Source: Bdellovibrionota bacterium
GTDB lineage: Bacteria > Bdellovibrionota_C > UBA2361 > JBGSMV01
DNA length: 64,000 nucleotides
NCBI GenBank assembly: GCA_041739995.1
Contig: JBGSMV010000031.1
Span: 32,001-96,000 of the forward strand
Direction: 5' to 3'
The notes under the pieces are model-generated. The model saw only the letters and a list, made by a program, of their open reading frames with translations, was not told the DNA's origin and made no database searches. Both the position numbers and the translations under genes were made by a program. Every line of letters starts with the position of its first letter. Position 1 is the first letter of the stretch. Below, in pieces: positions 9,528-20,083 of this stretch.

Positions 9528-12500
9528 ATGAGACGCGGTTTTTGGCTTCCCGCATGTGCGCTTCTGATCGGCCTGGCTTCGAGCCTAGGAGTCATCTATG
9601 CCCAGAAGCGAATAGCCAAGGAGTTGATGGGGATACTTCAAGACGAGCTAAGCCAAGCTTGCCCCTGTAATCTCAAATTCGACTCATTCGAACTTTCTCT
9701 TCTGCGGCTGCGTGCAACTGGCTCGAACGTTCGAATAGAGCGGGATGGCACCCCGCACTTACGTTTTAGAGAACTAGAGGCAAAGTTTTCGCTTTCAGAC
9801 ATCCTTCAACGCCGTATTATCCTCAGCGAGCTTAATCTAAAGGATGGATTTTCCCAGGGTGTTGGTCCTGATAGCTCCACCTTTCAGTTCATCGACCAAC
9901 TGACCGCTCCCGCCCCTCCAGAGAAAGATTTTCCTGATCGCTTGAAGGTGCAACTAGAGCGAATTGTAGTTTCTAACGCCGAGTTTGTTGAGCCGATTCG
10001 AACCACCCAGGTGCTAGGGCGGAACGTTGATGTGGTTGTTCAACGCACTCCTGAGGGAGACTTCACCATTACTCCTTCGATCGGAGCTCTCGCCCTCGAC
10101 TTCAACCACACTAAAGTGCTGAACCTCGGGTCGGTAGGCGGAGAGGTTTTTCTCGACGACAATTCGTTCTTCTTGAAGCGAGTCCGACTATCAAATGGGA
10201 ATGCTAACCTAATCATTGACGCAGAAGTGCTTCAGCAGGACGGCAATCCGCTCTCAGGAGAGGCAGACTTCTTGCTGGATGACGCAGCCGTCGGAATTTC
10301 GCGTTTGGCTTCCTTCCTGCTCTACGGGTCAGGTCCTGTCAGTGGCCGACTAAAGTACCCCGAACTCTCAGGCTCATTTTCGAATCCCACCGAACAGCCG
10401 ACCATTTTTCGATATGAGTCCGACCGTCAGTTAGAATTTGCAAAAATGGGGGGAGACTTCACTTTGTCATGGGAAGAGAAGGAGCCCATTTTCACCCTGC
10501 AACATATCGAAGCGTCGAATTCGTTGGGTCAGTTCTCCCTTTCTCGCCCATTCCGCGTTTCCACCGAAACCCTCGAAGGAGAGGGCTCCTTCTCCCTGGA
10601 TTCTTTTGAATTCAGCTCCGTTACATTAAAGGAAATGCGGGCGGAGATAGTCGTTGATTCGAGTTGGACGAAACCAAAGCTGACGGCTCGCATTCAAGCG
10701 CCTCAAAGCTTTTTCGGAGAGTTTCCACTGGGGGCCTTTAACGCGATCCTTGAACTCGATGGTCGAGTCCTTTCGTTCAAAGCCGATACTGAATTCTCTT
10801 TCGCACAAAAAGATGCGGCCCCTTTACACCCGGTAGCGCAGTCTTCGGCGGCACAGCCTTCGATAACACCGCATTCCAGCGATAAAACTTTGGAAACCAC
10901 TACCACCGGATCATTGGAGTTTTCTGGTGATGACTGGGAACAGATCGAGCTGAAGCCAACCGAGATCTTGGTTCGTGCTGGACCTCAAAAGCGCAACGCG
11001 TCTTCGACCTTCCCCATTCTGGACGCATCTTTTCGAATTCAAGGGCCCCTCGATCCCCGCTTGGTCACCGGAAGTGGAAACTTTCGAATTAGCTCTACCA
11101 ATACACTGGTCGATGGCAAGGTAGAAATCAAAGACGGCACTGCCGCTTTTGAGTCTTCCCCTACATCTAAGAAGATCGCACTCAGCGCGGCGATTGGCCT
11201 CACTGAAGATATCCCTAGCCTCCTTGAGCTGCGTCTCACTGACTTTAATGCACTTGAGTTTACGACACCCCGCGCCGCTGGAACTGAGTCTACCACTCCT
11301 TACGCTGCGCCAACGAGCAACAAGCAATGCAGCTCAATAACCGGCTCGCTACGTTATCGCTTTTTAACCGCGCTTCCCAAGGAAGGGAGCGGTGAACTTG
11401 ATGTTCAAAAACTTTCGATTGGCTGTGCGCCTGTGAGCATTGCGTTAGTGGGACCTTTCGTTGCTCCTATTGATGCGGGTGGTTTTAAGCTGCGAAAGGT
11501 GGCATTTGCAGGAACGAACTCCTCACTGACTGTTGATGGTGAAATCGATCCAGGAATGACCCTCGATCTTGGACTCAATGGCAGTCTTGACTTGCGCGCG
11601 ATTGCTCCCCTTATTAGATCCGTCGATGACATTCGCGGTCAGGTCACACTCGACTCCTTTGTAAAGGGTCCGTTCGAAGATCCCACACTCAGCGGACATA
11701 TCGCGATAGAGGACGGTGAGCTTGATTCTGCTTCCTCCGATGTCAGCCTGCGCGCAGTCACCGGTCAGTGCTCCATTACGGATGGTGGACTTGAATTCGA
11801 AAATGTCTCGGGGCGACTCAACGAAGGAGTCTTTGAGTTAAGCGGTAGATTGGAGCCGCTCGCAATAGAGGAATCAGTAGCAACTCTTACCTTTCGAGAC
11901 TTGCTTCTCACTCCTACAGACGAACTTTCGGTCATTTTATCAGGCTCCCTCGGCATCGCCCCTGACAGTGAAGGAACCGCAGCCATTAGCGGAGAAATTA
12001 CCATTGATAGTGCTGAATTTCGTAAGTCATTGAACCTTGCGCAGCTGTTGCGTCAATCAGCGCTTTCTCTTGTCAAACCAAGCAATGCCCTCAAATCAAT
12101 TCCCTCTCGCACTGCCCTTCCAGACATTCCGCTCGATCTTAAGCTTGTTGCCCCAGGCAATATCTTTATCGACACTCCATGGGCCGCAGGAGAGCTGAAG
12201 GCTAATTTTCAGATTCGAGGAACTATAGAAACGCCTGTGCCGACAGGATCGGTGGAGGTATTAGCTGGGTGGATTGGTCTGAGAGACCGCCGCTTTGAAA
12301 TTACCAATGGTCGGGCTGAACTCAAGTCATCTTCACTTGACCCCAGTATCGATCTCCTGGCTGAAACCACTATTAGAACCCGTGAGGGTGATATCTTGTT
12401 AGTCTTTCTTGAGGCCAGCGGCGTAGCCTCTGCCCCTCGATTACGTCTGACCTCCGACCGTGGACTGAGTGAGGCCGAGATACTATCCCTCTTCACCACT

Positions 12501-15398
12501 AGAACTGGCGTGGGAACCGCGAGCACGGCTTCGAGTGTTACTAGTGGCTTCGAACTCGACGCCCTTGAATTCATCGAGGACTATTCGTTTCTCGGTCTGG
12601 GCCGCCTTGTTCGAGGCCTTGCCCGCATTGATAGTCTCTCGATAGAGCCAACTTTCAGCCCGCAACGAGGAACGGTTGAACCGACTCTCGTAGCTACTAA
12701 GCGGCTGTTTGATCACCTTTCTCTGGTAGGACAGACGCTGTTTGGAAGCACCTCAAACGATAGCAGTCTTCGTTTAGTATATGATGTTTCTCCCGCTGTT
12801 GAGATATCCGGTATTCTCGATGCAGCTACGCAAGATCGCGGAAGTTCTGCTGGGGTTGATCTTTCTTATACGCTTCTCGGCGAACGACGCAGATTCTTGG
12901 ACATTCGCACTTCCGGCAACAACATTATTCGCAGCCTCGATATACTTTATGCGTTACGGCTCAACGAAGATACCCGCATCTTACCTTCCAAGGTTTCGCG
13001 ACTCGAGAAAAGAATCACCACGTTCTATGCGAAGCAGGGATTCTTTGCAGCACGCGCCTCCGTCGAGTGTGCTGAAGTTCCCGGCTTTGCTGACACTTTC
13101 TGTCATCAGATTTTGATTGAGATTGATGAGGGGGAGCCTACCTATATTGATGAAGTTGTTTTCGACGGAGCGGCTCTACCCGAGTTTTTACCGGCGTCCT
13201 CGGTTAAACAATCGGTTCGACGATCCATCGCCTCTGAAGAAACTCGAAAGGCATTTGAGAAACAACTGGTTAACGCATTGAGAGCAGAGGGTTATCTCGC
13301 TGCAAGGGTATCGACATCGTTCGAGCCATCAAAAACTGAGGATGTACAGGATCCGTCGCGAGGTTCTACGAGCGCGGCTTCGCGAGGAGTGACTCTGCGT
13401 GCAGCCCTTACCGTTGGCGACCCCGTTACTTTTGTCTTTACCAACAATACTGTTTTCTCGGCAAAAGAGTTTCTTGAAACTATCGATCTCTTTGGTCGTC
13501 GACAACCCTTTGGAAGTAACACCGTTACGATTCTTCTCGAAAACATCGAACGCCTTTACAATGATGCGGGATATCTTTTTGCCTCAGCATCTGTCGAGCG
13601 AACCAAGGACTCCGCGGGAGAGCGCGTGACCTATCACATCACGCTCGAAGAAGGCCTCAAATTCCAGGTGTCACAAGTCACGTTCCAGGGCCTCGAGACT
13701 TTCTCCACCGAGAGACTGCATCGAGCCCTTCGCAAGCACGAACCCGAAGCAGCGTCTCTCATCCTTGAGCCAACCTTCGCCGTTCCCGATCAGCTTGAGG
13801 TAAACACGCTCACCATCACCCGAGCACTAGAGCTTTCTGGATTTCCTGAGGCAAAAGTAACCGTGGAGGTGACTCCAGATGAAGAGAATAAGACCGTTGA
13901 GATTCTCTACACGGTCGTGGAAGGATCTGAAGTTATCGCAGATACGATTACGATTCAGGGCGCACCGCCGCATCTTTCACTCCCCAAAGTTCCTCATGGA
14001 TCACTCTCAATTCCCGCCATTAACGAAATTGTGGCCGAGCTTTCTCGTACGCTCGTCGACCAAGGCTATTTGGTGTCGAGCGTCAGCACAAACTTTGTGA
14101 CAGAACGTGAGGCGGTTATACAGGTAGCTCCCGGTCCTCAAAGCTTCATCGAAGAGTTACGCATCGACAATGAAGCAATCTGTGCTCCTGAAGTTATTCG
14201 TCAACAGTTGCTCGTTCAGGCAGGATCGAAACTCGATCAAGAGCTCATCCAAGAGAGCAAGCGTAGATTGCTTCGCTTAGGCCTGTTTGCTCGTGTCGAA
14301 ATGATTCTTGAGCCTCTGGACTCTGAAGCAATCGCGCATCGATTGGTCGTCTCAGTGCAGGAACGCTCACTGCGAACGGTTACCATAGGTGGGGGTGCGA
14401 ACTCTGAGCTTGGCTTGCATATCTTTGGAGAAGCTACGGATAGAAAACTGTTCGGCGATGGACGCAGCCTGACTGCCAGAATTGATACTTATTATGACCG
14501 TGTTGCCGCAGAGATTAGTCAGGGAATAGCGAGTCTTACTTACGGCGACCCTGTTCTACTTGGAAGTGACTACAGCTATTACTCAGACCTGCGTTATCAG
14601 CGAGAAGCCCTCGACAATCAGGAGTTTGACCTTGATAGAGTTGCACTCGCCAACTACGCACACCGCTCTCGCTCGTCAGAATCAGATCTCGCTGGTCTCA
14701 GTTGGTCCATTGGTCATACTATTCTGCAAGAGGACCTCACTAACGTGTCTCCGGGAGCTATCATTGGCTCATTCGACACCGGACTTGTTCGCCTTGGCTT
14801 TCTCTCAGCGCTCATAAACTTTGATGGAAGAGACGATCCTCTTAATCCCACTCGAGGATTCTCCGTTCAAGGAGAGAGTATTATAGCTGCGCAGGCTCTC
14901 GGCTCAGAGGCGGAATACCTCGCTTTTCAGAGTAAGGCCTCCTATCTCACTCCATTGGGCTTTCTCTCTCCACGATGGAGTTTTGCCTCAGGCTCGCGCT
15001 TCGGAGTGGCGTGGAAACTTGCCGATACCGACGAGATACCAATTTCGCAAAGATTCTATCTGGGAGGAAGAACGACGGTTCGAGGCTTTAAAGACAATTC
15101 GCTTGGCCCACTTGGCTTTGACGGAGCGGTGCAAGGCGGCGATCTTACCGCCTCTCAGAATCTCGAGCTGCGCCATAGGCTTGCCTCGAATACCGAAGTA
15201 CTTTCGTTTTTTGATTTTGGAGGATTGTTTCTTCAAGATGACCCAATCCTCTTGAAGGACGTGCGAGAAAGTTTTGGCCTTGGGGTTCGCTATCTCTCGC
15301 CAATCGGTCCGATCGGTTTTGATCTTGGGTTTCCTCTCGATCGAAGAAGCGGTGAAAGCACCTACCAAGTACACTTCAACATCGGCTCCAATTTCTAA
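9528..15398 (+). CDS. Fused TamB (AsmA-like/DUF490) plus TamA/BamA-type (POTRAs + Omp85 barrel) protein
   Basis: N-terminal signal anchor; long beta-rich region; DUF490-like end (RRFEITNG...DPSIDLLAET...PRLRLTSD...LSEAEILSL...GVDLSY); then POTRA-like units, RFYLGGRTTVRGF, GLGVRYLSPIGPIGFDLG and C-terminal beta-signal YQVHFNIGSNF. Confidence 0.88.
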   Translation: MRRGFWLPACALLIGLASSLGVIYAQKRIAKELMGILQDELSQACPCNLKFDSFELSLLRLRATGSNVRIERDGTPHLRFRELEAKFSLSDILQRRIILSELNLKDGFSQGVGPDSSTFQFIDQLTAPAPPEKDFPDRLKVQLERIVVSNAEFVEPIRTTQVLGRNVDVVVQRTPEGDFTITPSIGALALDFNHTKVLNLGSVGGEVFLDDNSFFLKRVRLSNGNANLIIDAEVLQQDGNPLSGEADFLLDDAAVGISRLASFLLYGSGPVSGRLKYPELSGSFSNPTEQPTIFRYESDRQLEFAKMGGDFTLSWEEKEPIFTLQHIEASNSLGQFSLSRPFRVSTETLEGEGSFSLDSFEFSSVTLKEMRAEIVVDSSWTKPKLTARIQAPQSFFGEFPLGAFNAILELDGRVLSFKADTEFSFAQKDAAPLHPVAQSSAAQPSITPHSSDKTLETTTTGSLEFSGDDWEQIELKPTEILVRAGPQKRNASSTFPILDASFRIQGPLDPRLVTGSGNFRISSTNTLVDGKVEIKDGTAAFESSPTSKKIALSAAIGLTEDIPSLLELRLTDFNALEFTTPRAAGTESTTPYAAPTSNKQCSSITGSLRYRFLTALPKEGSGELDVQKLSIGCAPVSIALVGPFVAPIDAGGFKLRKVAFAGTNSSLTVDGEIDPGMTLDLGLNGSLDLRAIAPLIRSVDDIRGQVTLDSFVKGPFEDPTLSGHIAIEDGELDSASSDVSLRAVTGQCSITDGGLEFENVSGRLNEGVFELSGRLEPLAIEESVATLTFRDLLLTPTDELSVILSGSLGIAPDSEGTAAISGEITIDSAEFRKSLNLAQLLRQSALSLVKPSNALKSIPSRTALPDIPLDLKLVAPGNIFIDTPWAAGELKANFQIRGTIETPVPTGSVEVLAGWIGLRDRRFEITNGRAELKSSSLDPSIDLLAETTIRTREGDILLVFLEASGVASAPRLRLTSDRGLSEAEILSLFTTRTGVGTASTASSVTSGFELDALEFIEDYSFLGLGRLVRGLARIDSLSIEPTFSPQRGTVEPTLVATKRLFDHLSLVGQTLFGSTSNDSSLRLVYDVSPAVEISGILDAATQDRGSSAGVDLSYTLLGERRRFLDIRTSGNNIIRSLDILYALRLNEDTRILPSKVSRLEKRITTFYAKQGFFAARASVECAEVPGFADTFCHQILIEIDEGEPTYIDEVVFDGAALPEFLPASSVKQSVRRSIASEETRKAFEKQLVNALRAEGYLAARVSTSFEPSKTEDVQDPSRGSTSAASRGVTLRAALTVGDPVTFVFTNNTVFSAKEFLETIDLFGRRQPFGSNTVTILLENIERLYNDAGYLFASASVERTKDSAGERVTYHITLEEGLKFQVSQVTFQGLETFSTERLHRALRKHEPEAASLILEPTFAVPDQLEVNTLTITRALELSGFPEAKVTVEVTPDEENKTVEILYTVVEGSEVIADTITIQGAPPHLSLPKVPHGSLSIPAINEIVAELSRTLVDQGYLVSSVSTNFVTEREAVIQVAPGPQSFIEELRIDNEAICAPEVIRQQLLVQAGSKLDQELIQESKRRLLRLGLFARVEMILEPLDSEAIAHRLVVSVQERSLRTVTIGGGANSELGLHIFGEATDRKLFGDGRSLTARIDTYYDRVAAEISQGIASLTYGDPVLLGSDYSYYSDLRYQREALDNQEFDLDRVALANYAHRSRSSESDLAGLSWSIGHTILQEDLTNVSPGAIIGSFDTGLVRLGFLSALINFDGRDDPLNPTRGFSVQGESIIAAQALGSEAEYLAFQSKASYLTPLGFLSPRWSFASGSRFGVAWKLADTDEIPISQRFYLGGRTTVRGFKDNSLGPLGFDGAVQGGDLTASQNLELRHRLASNTEVLSFFDFGGLFLQDDPILLKDVRESFGLGVRYLSPIGPIGFDLGFPLDRRSGESTYQVHFNIGSNF

Positions 15399-15637
15399 GC
15401 AACCCGGCTGGCCCTCACCAAGCTCGTCGCTCACGTTCTCATACCTACAATCACTGCCCGGGTGGAACCTCATTTATGCAATTAGAACTTCATTTGACGG
15501 ACGTAACCATCTGTAATAACTAGCTTTAAAAACTTTCTCCGTCCTCAATTCAAACAGTTGCATCAAAGCAAAGTAAGAGATGTGTGAAATCCCGGTGCAA
15601 GGATTACCGGTCCTCGAACACCCACGGAGGGTTTTGT

Positions 15638-16741
15638 ATGGTTATCATTGTTGTTCCTAGCTTTGAAAAGGGCTCCCCATTCAGCGAGCAGCTTCAGCGT
15701 ACGCTGGACCTCGCTCGAGCAAGTGGCGTCGCCGATCTGGTCATCGCAAGCGATGGCTCAATCCCCGCGATGAGTGGCATAGGACTCATCACATTCTCCG
15801 ACCGATACGCGCTTGGTAGCGCGATATCAGAATTTATCCATAGTCAGTCCGCTTCTAAGGTCGCGTCATCGCACGTCACCATAGTAAGTGCAGAAATATC
15901 ATCCCTCAGCAATTCATCGGCAGCAATGCAACGCCTGATTGCTGCGCAAGCCCCGCTTTCCTACATCCCTACTTTCCATGGATCCGAAACAGTCGAGTTT
16001 CCGGGAATGAACGATGCAGGGTTTATCGCCTCTCAATTGGTGCAGGATATTCAGCCTGAGACAATGATACCTGCGGTTGGATTGAGCGTTGCACGTGCAC
16101 TTCTTGATAAGGTTGGCTTTGCCTGTATTTCGCTTAGCGGACTCGCGCTTGAGCTTGTCGTTGAGTGCTTTTCTCGCGGCGAGGAAGTTCAACTTATCGA
16201 CAGCGACCTCTCAGTCGCTTCAGATTTCGCTCCTGTTCAAATCTCTAACGATGAACTTGCGCGTGGATTGAGGCGGGCTGTCGAGTTAATCGCCATTGAG
16301 GAGCTCTTTCCTGCCCATGCCTGGGACGCTCGGCGACCAGAAAGCACCATGTCGTGCTACCATCGCCTTGCCGCTAAATTTATTCGACTTGGTGACTTTG
16401 AAAGCGCTGATTCATGTCTCAATCAGTCAGACCGCATCGCAGAAAGCCCAAGAGCACTTGCATTGCGGGCAGTAATCGCTATGGAGCGCGGTGAGACTCT
16501 TGGTGCGATAGCGAAGCTGATCACAAGCCTTCAGGAATATGAACAACAGAAACGCAACGCCAGCGTCAGCAAACTGGAAGAAGGTGCCGGACAACCTATC
16601 GATTCGGTAAATGAAGAACTTAAGCAGGGACTCTCCGCATTGAACTCACAAGACAACAGCGCAGCATTAAAACACTTCGCTCGCGCGGTAAGAGAATTCG
16701 ATAGCTTCTACCGAGAGTCAGGACTGCTCACGTTGATGTAA
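15638..16741 (+). CDS. Hypothetical protein with C-terminal TPR-like helices
   Basis: GGAGG RBS before ATG 15638 (ORF track extends to 15584); helical TPR-like C-terminus. Confidence 0.6.
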   Translation: MVIIVVPSFEKGSPFSEQLQRTLDLARASGVADLVIASDGSIPAMSGIGLITFSDRYALGSAISEFIHSQSASKVASSHVTIVSAEISSLSNSSAAMQRLIAAQAPLSYIPTFHGSETVEFPGMNDAGFIASQLVQDIQPETMIPAVGLSVARALLDKVGFACISLSGLALELVVECFSRGEEVQLIDSDLSVASDFAPVQISNDELARGLRRAVELIAIEELFPAHAWDARRPESTMSCYHRLAAKFIRLGDFESADSCLNQSDRIAESPRALALRAVIAMERGETLGAIAKLITSLQEYEQQKRNASVSKLEEGAGQPIDSVNEELKQGLSALNSQDNSAALKHFARAVREFDSFYRESGLLTLM

Positions 16742-16775
16742 CCTTGCTGCGCAAATCGCTTGACACGTTGGCGCT

Positions 16776-18875
16776 CTATGGCGCCATCCCAAGCAAGTGG
16801 AAACATTCGACGGCCGCCGCGACGCTCCAGGCTTGAAACGGACATCCGCGCGGATGATACGGATCACTCGCATCGCAAATTTCAGAGATACTCCCTACCC
16901 CAGCCTCTCGAAGATGAGCCTTGATTGCAGCTAACGCTACATCGCCATCGCTCCTAAGATCTGCGGGGGTTCCATATCGGGCTACGGCCCTAAGATAGGG
17001 CGCGAGAAGCCATGGCCAAACCGTGCCTTGATGATAAGCGCGGTCGCGCTCAGAGGGTCCACCTGCGTAAATTCTTGAGTACCCTGGGCTCGATGGAGAA
17101 AGCGTGCGAAGGCCTAAACCTACAAACAGCTCCTGTCTTACAAGCTTCAACATCCGACGAGCAGACGCCTCTGGAATCAGCTCGAATGATGTCATACCTG
17201 CTTCCTGGTCAGGTTGAGCAGCTCCGACCCCCGGCATTGAGAGGCTAAGCGCCAGAATCTGATTCGGTCGCAAAAGCACATCCTCTGTCCACGACCGAGC
17301 GGTGCGATCATACAAGAGACAGTCCGCGAGGTGCCCTTCGGCTTCGAGCCAGAAGCTCTTCACGAAGGCGCGCGCTGCGGCATTTGCCCGAGCTTGATAG
17401 CGCTGCGCGGATTGAAGATCTCCGAAAGTTTCGTTTAATCGAGCGAGCACCAGCAGCGCATTAATCCAGAGCGCATTGATCTCGACGGGCTTGCCATGAC
17501 GAGGAGTCACTGGCACTCCATCTGCTCGCGCATCCATCCATGTCAGCTGAGTCGAAGAGTCTCCGGCGCAAAGCAGCCCATCACTATCAACACGAATCTG
17601 ATAGTCAGTCCCGCGCGTAAAGTTCTCCGCGATGTCGGTGAGCATGGGCAGAAACTGCTTTTCAACTACCTCGCGCTGTAAGCTCTCACGCAAGAACTGC
17701 CAAACTATCTCAAAGGCCCAAAGACTCCCGTCAACACTGTTGTACTCTGGAGCGGCGTCTCCGTCCGGAAACCGATTAGGGAGAAGTCCATGACGCATAT
17801 GCTCTTTGAAGAGCAGAAGAACATCTCGCGCTTCATCAAACCTTTGCGTACACAGACAAAGCCCTGGGATTGAGATCATGGCGTCTCGACCCCAGTCGGT
17901 GAACCACGGATAGCCCGCGATAATTGAAGAGCGCCGGGCTCCGCGCCGCACAATGAACTGATCAGCGGCAAGGAGCAGCGCTTGATACTCTTCAGCCTGT
18001 ACACCAGTGCCGGCGAGAGTCAGGCGCTCTCTTCGAGCGATCTCCTTTTCCCAAAGCGGCTCCAAGCTACGCGATTCAGAGCGTTTTTTGGGCACCTTTC
18101 CAATTTCTTCGTTCTCATGCCGCCCAGCGCTGTCGATACCGGCATGACAATGAAGGAACACCGGGTGATTAGGGAAGAGCGCAAGATGTAATGAACCTGG
18201 CGTGAACAAATCTTCTCCCGCCTCGAACCCGCGCTCGGCCTCCGCTCGATACCAGAAGTTAGTCCACCAGTCGGGCTGTGCAACGAAGCGTCCTTGTTCG
18301 ATGCGAACCTCAAGACTCGGCAACCCATGATAAGTCGGGCAGCGAAGCACCCCTTGTTCAAAAGTGGCAAAAGTATCGATATCTGGATTTTGGCGAGTGA
18401 GGGCGTGGATGTCACGTCCGGCCATGAATAACCGAAGCTCAAGAAGACAGGCGGATGCTCCCTCTAAAAGCTCATAACGCAGCATCGTCGAGTTTTCCCC
18501 ATGCAGCGCAAGAATCGATTTTCTGACTAGGAACTCTCCGACTCGATAGTCGAAATCGACAGCCGAACCACGCTCGAAGCGTTCGAGCCTCTGAAAGCCT
18601 TGAGGGTGCACGCAGCGACCTTCACCGCTATTGAATTCATCTGAAGATAGCTCAAACCTTTCGCGCCCAACTACCAAGGTCTCAAGTAGATGCGAGAGTA
18701 CGACCCAGCGCTGAGAAGTACTTTGAGCAGCGACTAGTAATCCATGATATCGGCGCGTATTCGCGCCACAGCCAGTACCCGAAGCCCAGCCACCAATGCC
18801 ATTGGTATCGATCCACTCGTAAGCCGACGAGCGATCGAACGTGGTAAGAGATTCTTTGTTGAGCACAATTGTCAT
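16776..18875 (-). CDS. Glycogen debranching enzyme / amylo-alpha-1,6-glucosidase (GDE_N + GDE_C)
   Basis: EWIDTNGIGGWASGT, TRRYHGLL, IAGYPWFTDWGRDAMI, LTWMDA, TPRHGKPVEINALW, YHQGTVWPW, CPFQAWS. Confidence 0.93.
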   Translation of the reverse strand: MTIVLNKESLTTFDRSSAYEWIDTNGIGGWASGTGCGANTRRYHGLLVAAQSTSQRWVVLSHLLETLVVGRERFELSSDEFNSGEGRCVHPQGFQRLERFERGSAVDFDYRVGEFLVRKSILALHGENSTMLRYELLEGASACLLELRLFMAGRDIHALTRQNPDIDTFATFEQGVLRCPTYHGLPSLEVRIEQGRFVAQPDWWTNFWYRAEAERGFEAGEDLFTPGSLHLALFPNHPVFLHCHAGIDSAGRHENEEIGKVPKKRSESRSLEPLWEKEIARRERLTLAGTGVQAEEYQALLLAADQFIVRRGARRSSIIAGYPWFTDWGRDAMISIPGLCLCTQRFDEARDVLLLFKEHMRHGLLPNRFPDGDAAPEYNSVDGSLWAFEIVWQFLRESLQREVVEKQFLPMLTDIAENFTRGTDYQIRVDSDGLLCAGDSSTQLTWMDARADGVPVTPRHGKPVEINALWINALLVLARLNETFGDLQSAQRYQARANAAARAFVKSFWLEAEGHLADCLLYDRTARSWTEDVLLRPNQILALSLSMPGVGAAQPDQEAGMTSFELIPEASARRMLKLVRQELFVGLGLRTLSPSSPGYSRIYAGGPSERDRAYHQGTVWPWLLAPYLRAVARYGTPADLRSDGDVALAAIKAHLREAGVGSISEICDASDPYHPRGCPFQAWSVAAAVECFHLLGMAP

Positions 18876-19082
18876 CGTGTCTCATCGTCACCCGTTCCAC
18901 CTATTGGGTGCAAGAAAATCCTTGTTGTCTGCGGTGACAAGAAAAGAAACGGTGATTGGTACCCTGGAGTGGCAATTCAGAAGAAAGGAAAGTGCAGTAG
19001 TCGAGAACTCGAAGTTCCTACTGAGGGCAACCTCCAAGCAGTTCCAAGGGGGTACCCTCGAGAACTACTGCACTCTTCATGG

Positions 19083-19120
19083 GGGAACGGTCATCGGGAA
19101 CGGTCATCGGGAACGGAAAC
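19083..19120 (+). repeat. 13-bp tandem repeat (GGGAACGGTCATC), 2 full copies and 1 partial
   Basis: GGGAACGGTCATC GGGAACGGTCATC GGGAACGGAAAC. Confidence 0.8.
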
Positions 19121-19201
19121 GACTGTCTCGCGAGCGAGATAAGACGACTACGTTTGACCAATGAGGAACCAACAAGTGAAACGGTCAGAGCGGCGGCTTC
19201 C

Positions 19202-19615
19202 CTATTGTTGGAAGCACTCGAGCGGTTCGATGCCAAGCTGCTCAAGCAGATGGCACTCGACATCAATGCGCCCACAGATGTCGAAGTCCAATCCACGCGG
19301 ATCGGTCGACCAGTCCTCCATGCCCGCAGCAGCTGCCTCTCGCAACGCTGCCCTGCTGAGGTCGTACCCCAGAGGATCCAGTTTCGCTGCCTCCCTCAGC
19401 TTCTCCGCCATCTGGCGCAAAAGCCTGAGCAGGCGGGTGTCCACCCCGTTGGGCCCCGTGCTGTGTTGCGCCATCGCTCGCGTCAGACGCTGCACTGCCG
19501 GAACGAACGGCCGAAACTGTTCGGGGGCCATCAAGAGCGCTACGGTCTCGCTCATCAGGGTCGGGCCCACTCGCTTGATGGTTCCACCACTCAACGCTGC
19601 AGAAGCTGCCACCAT
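19202..19615 (-). CDS. Hypothetical protein (~137 aa)
   Basis: Strong RBS AAAGAGGAG before ATG 19615; overlapping + strand ORFs look like shadows. Confidence 0.55.
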   Translation of the reverse strand: MVAASAALSGGTIKRVGPTLMSETVALLMAPEQFRPFVPAVQRLTRAMAQHSTGPNGVDTRLLRLLRQMAEKLREAAKLDPLGYDLSRAALREAAAAGMEDWSTDPRGLDFDICGRIDVECHLLEQLGIEPLECFQQ

Positions 19616-20083
19616 CGGTGTCTCCTCTTTCGTGCAAAAAACGGGGTGCGTATGTTTCTTGTCAGAGCCGGCAACAAGCCGATTCGACAAACGACTAAAA
19701 CCTGAAAAAGTCTCTCGACTACTGAGTCGTCCTTGCTAACACAACCCTAATACTTAGGCAATTTGAGGCGCAAAATTCCTAAAAAGCCTTCTATTAAAGC
19801 TAGAAACATACCGATATTTTTCGACTCCGGAGCCCGCCAGAAAGGGGAGGCAGGTGACGGTGTAGCGACGGGGGCTGAGCAAGCCTTCTTGTTAGAATTT
19901 TTTATCGCGGGGACAGGGAGGAAGCGGAGACCCAAAAACGTCGCTGTTGGTATGAATTTGGCTTTGTTTTCTCTCGGCGTCGACGATTGGGTAAGCATCT
20001 AGAACTCCGCTCTCTCCGTGTCTCCGCGCAACAAAAACCGAACTGAAAAGCTCCCCCCCCTCGAACGCTACTAGGCGTGAGCT

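Noticed and set aside
19079..19998. Overlapping 79-208 aa ORFs on both strands
   Set aside because: Arg/Ser-rich shadow frames; only 19202-19615 has a strong RBS
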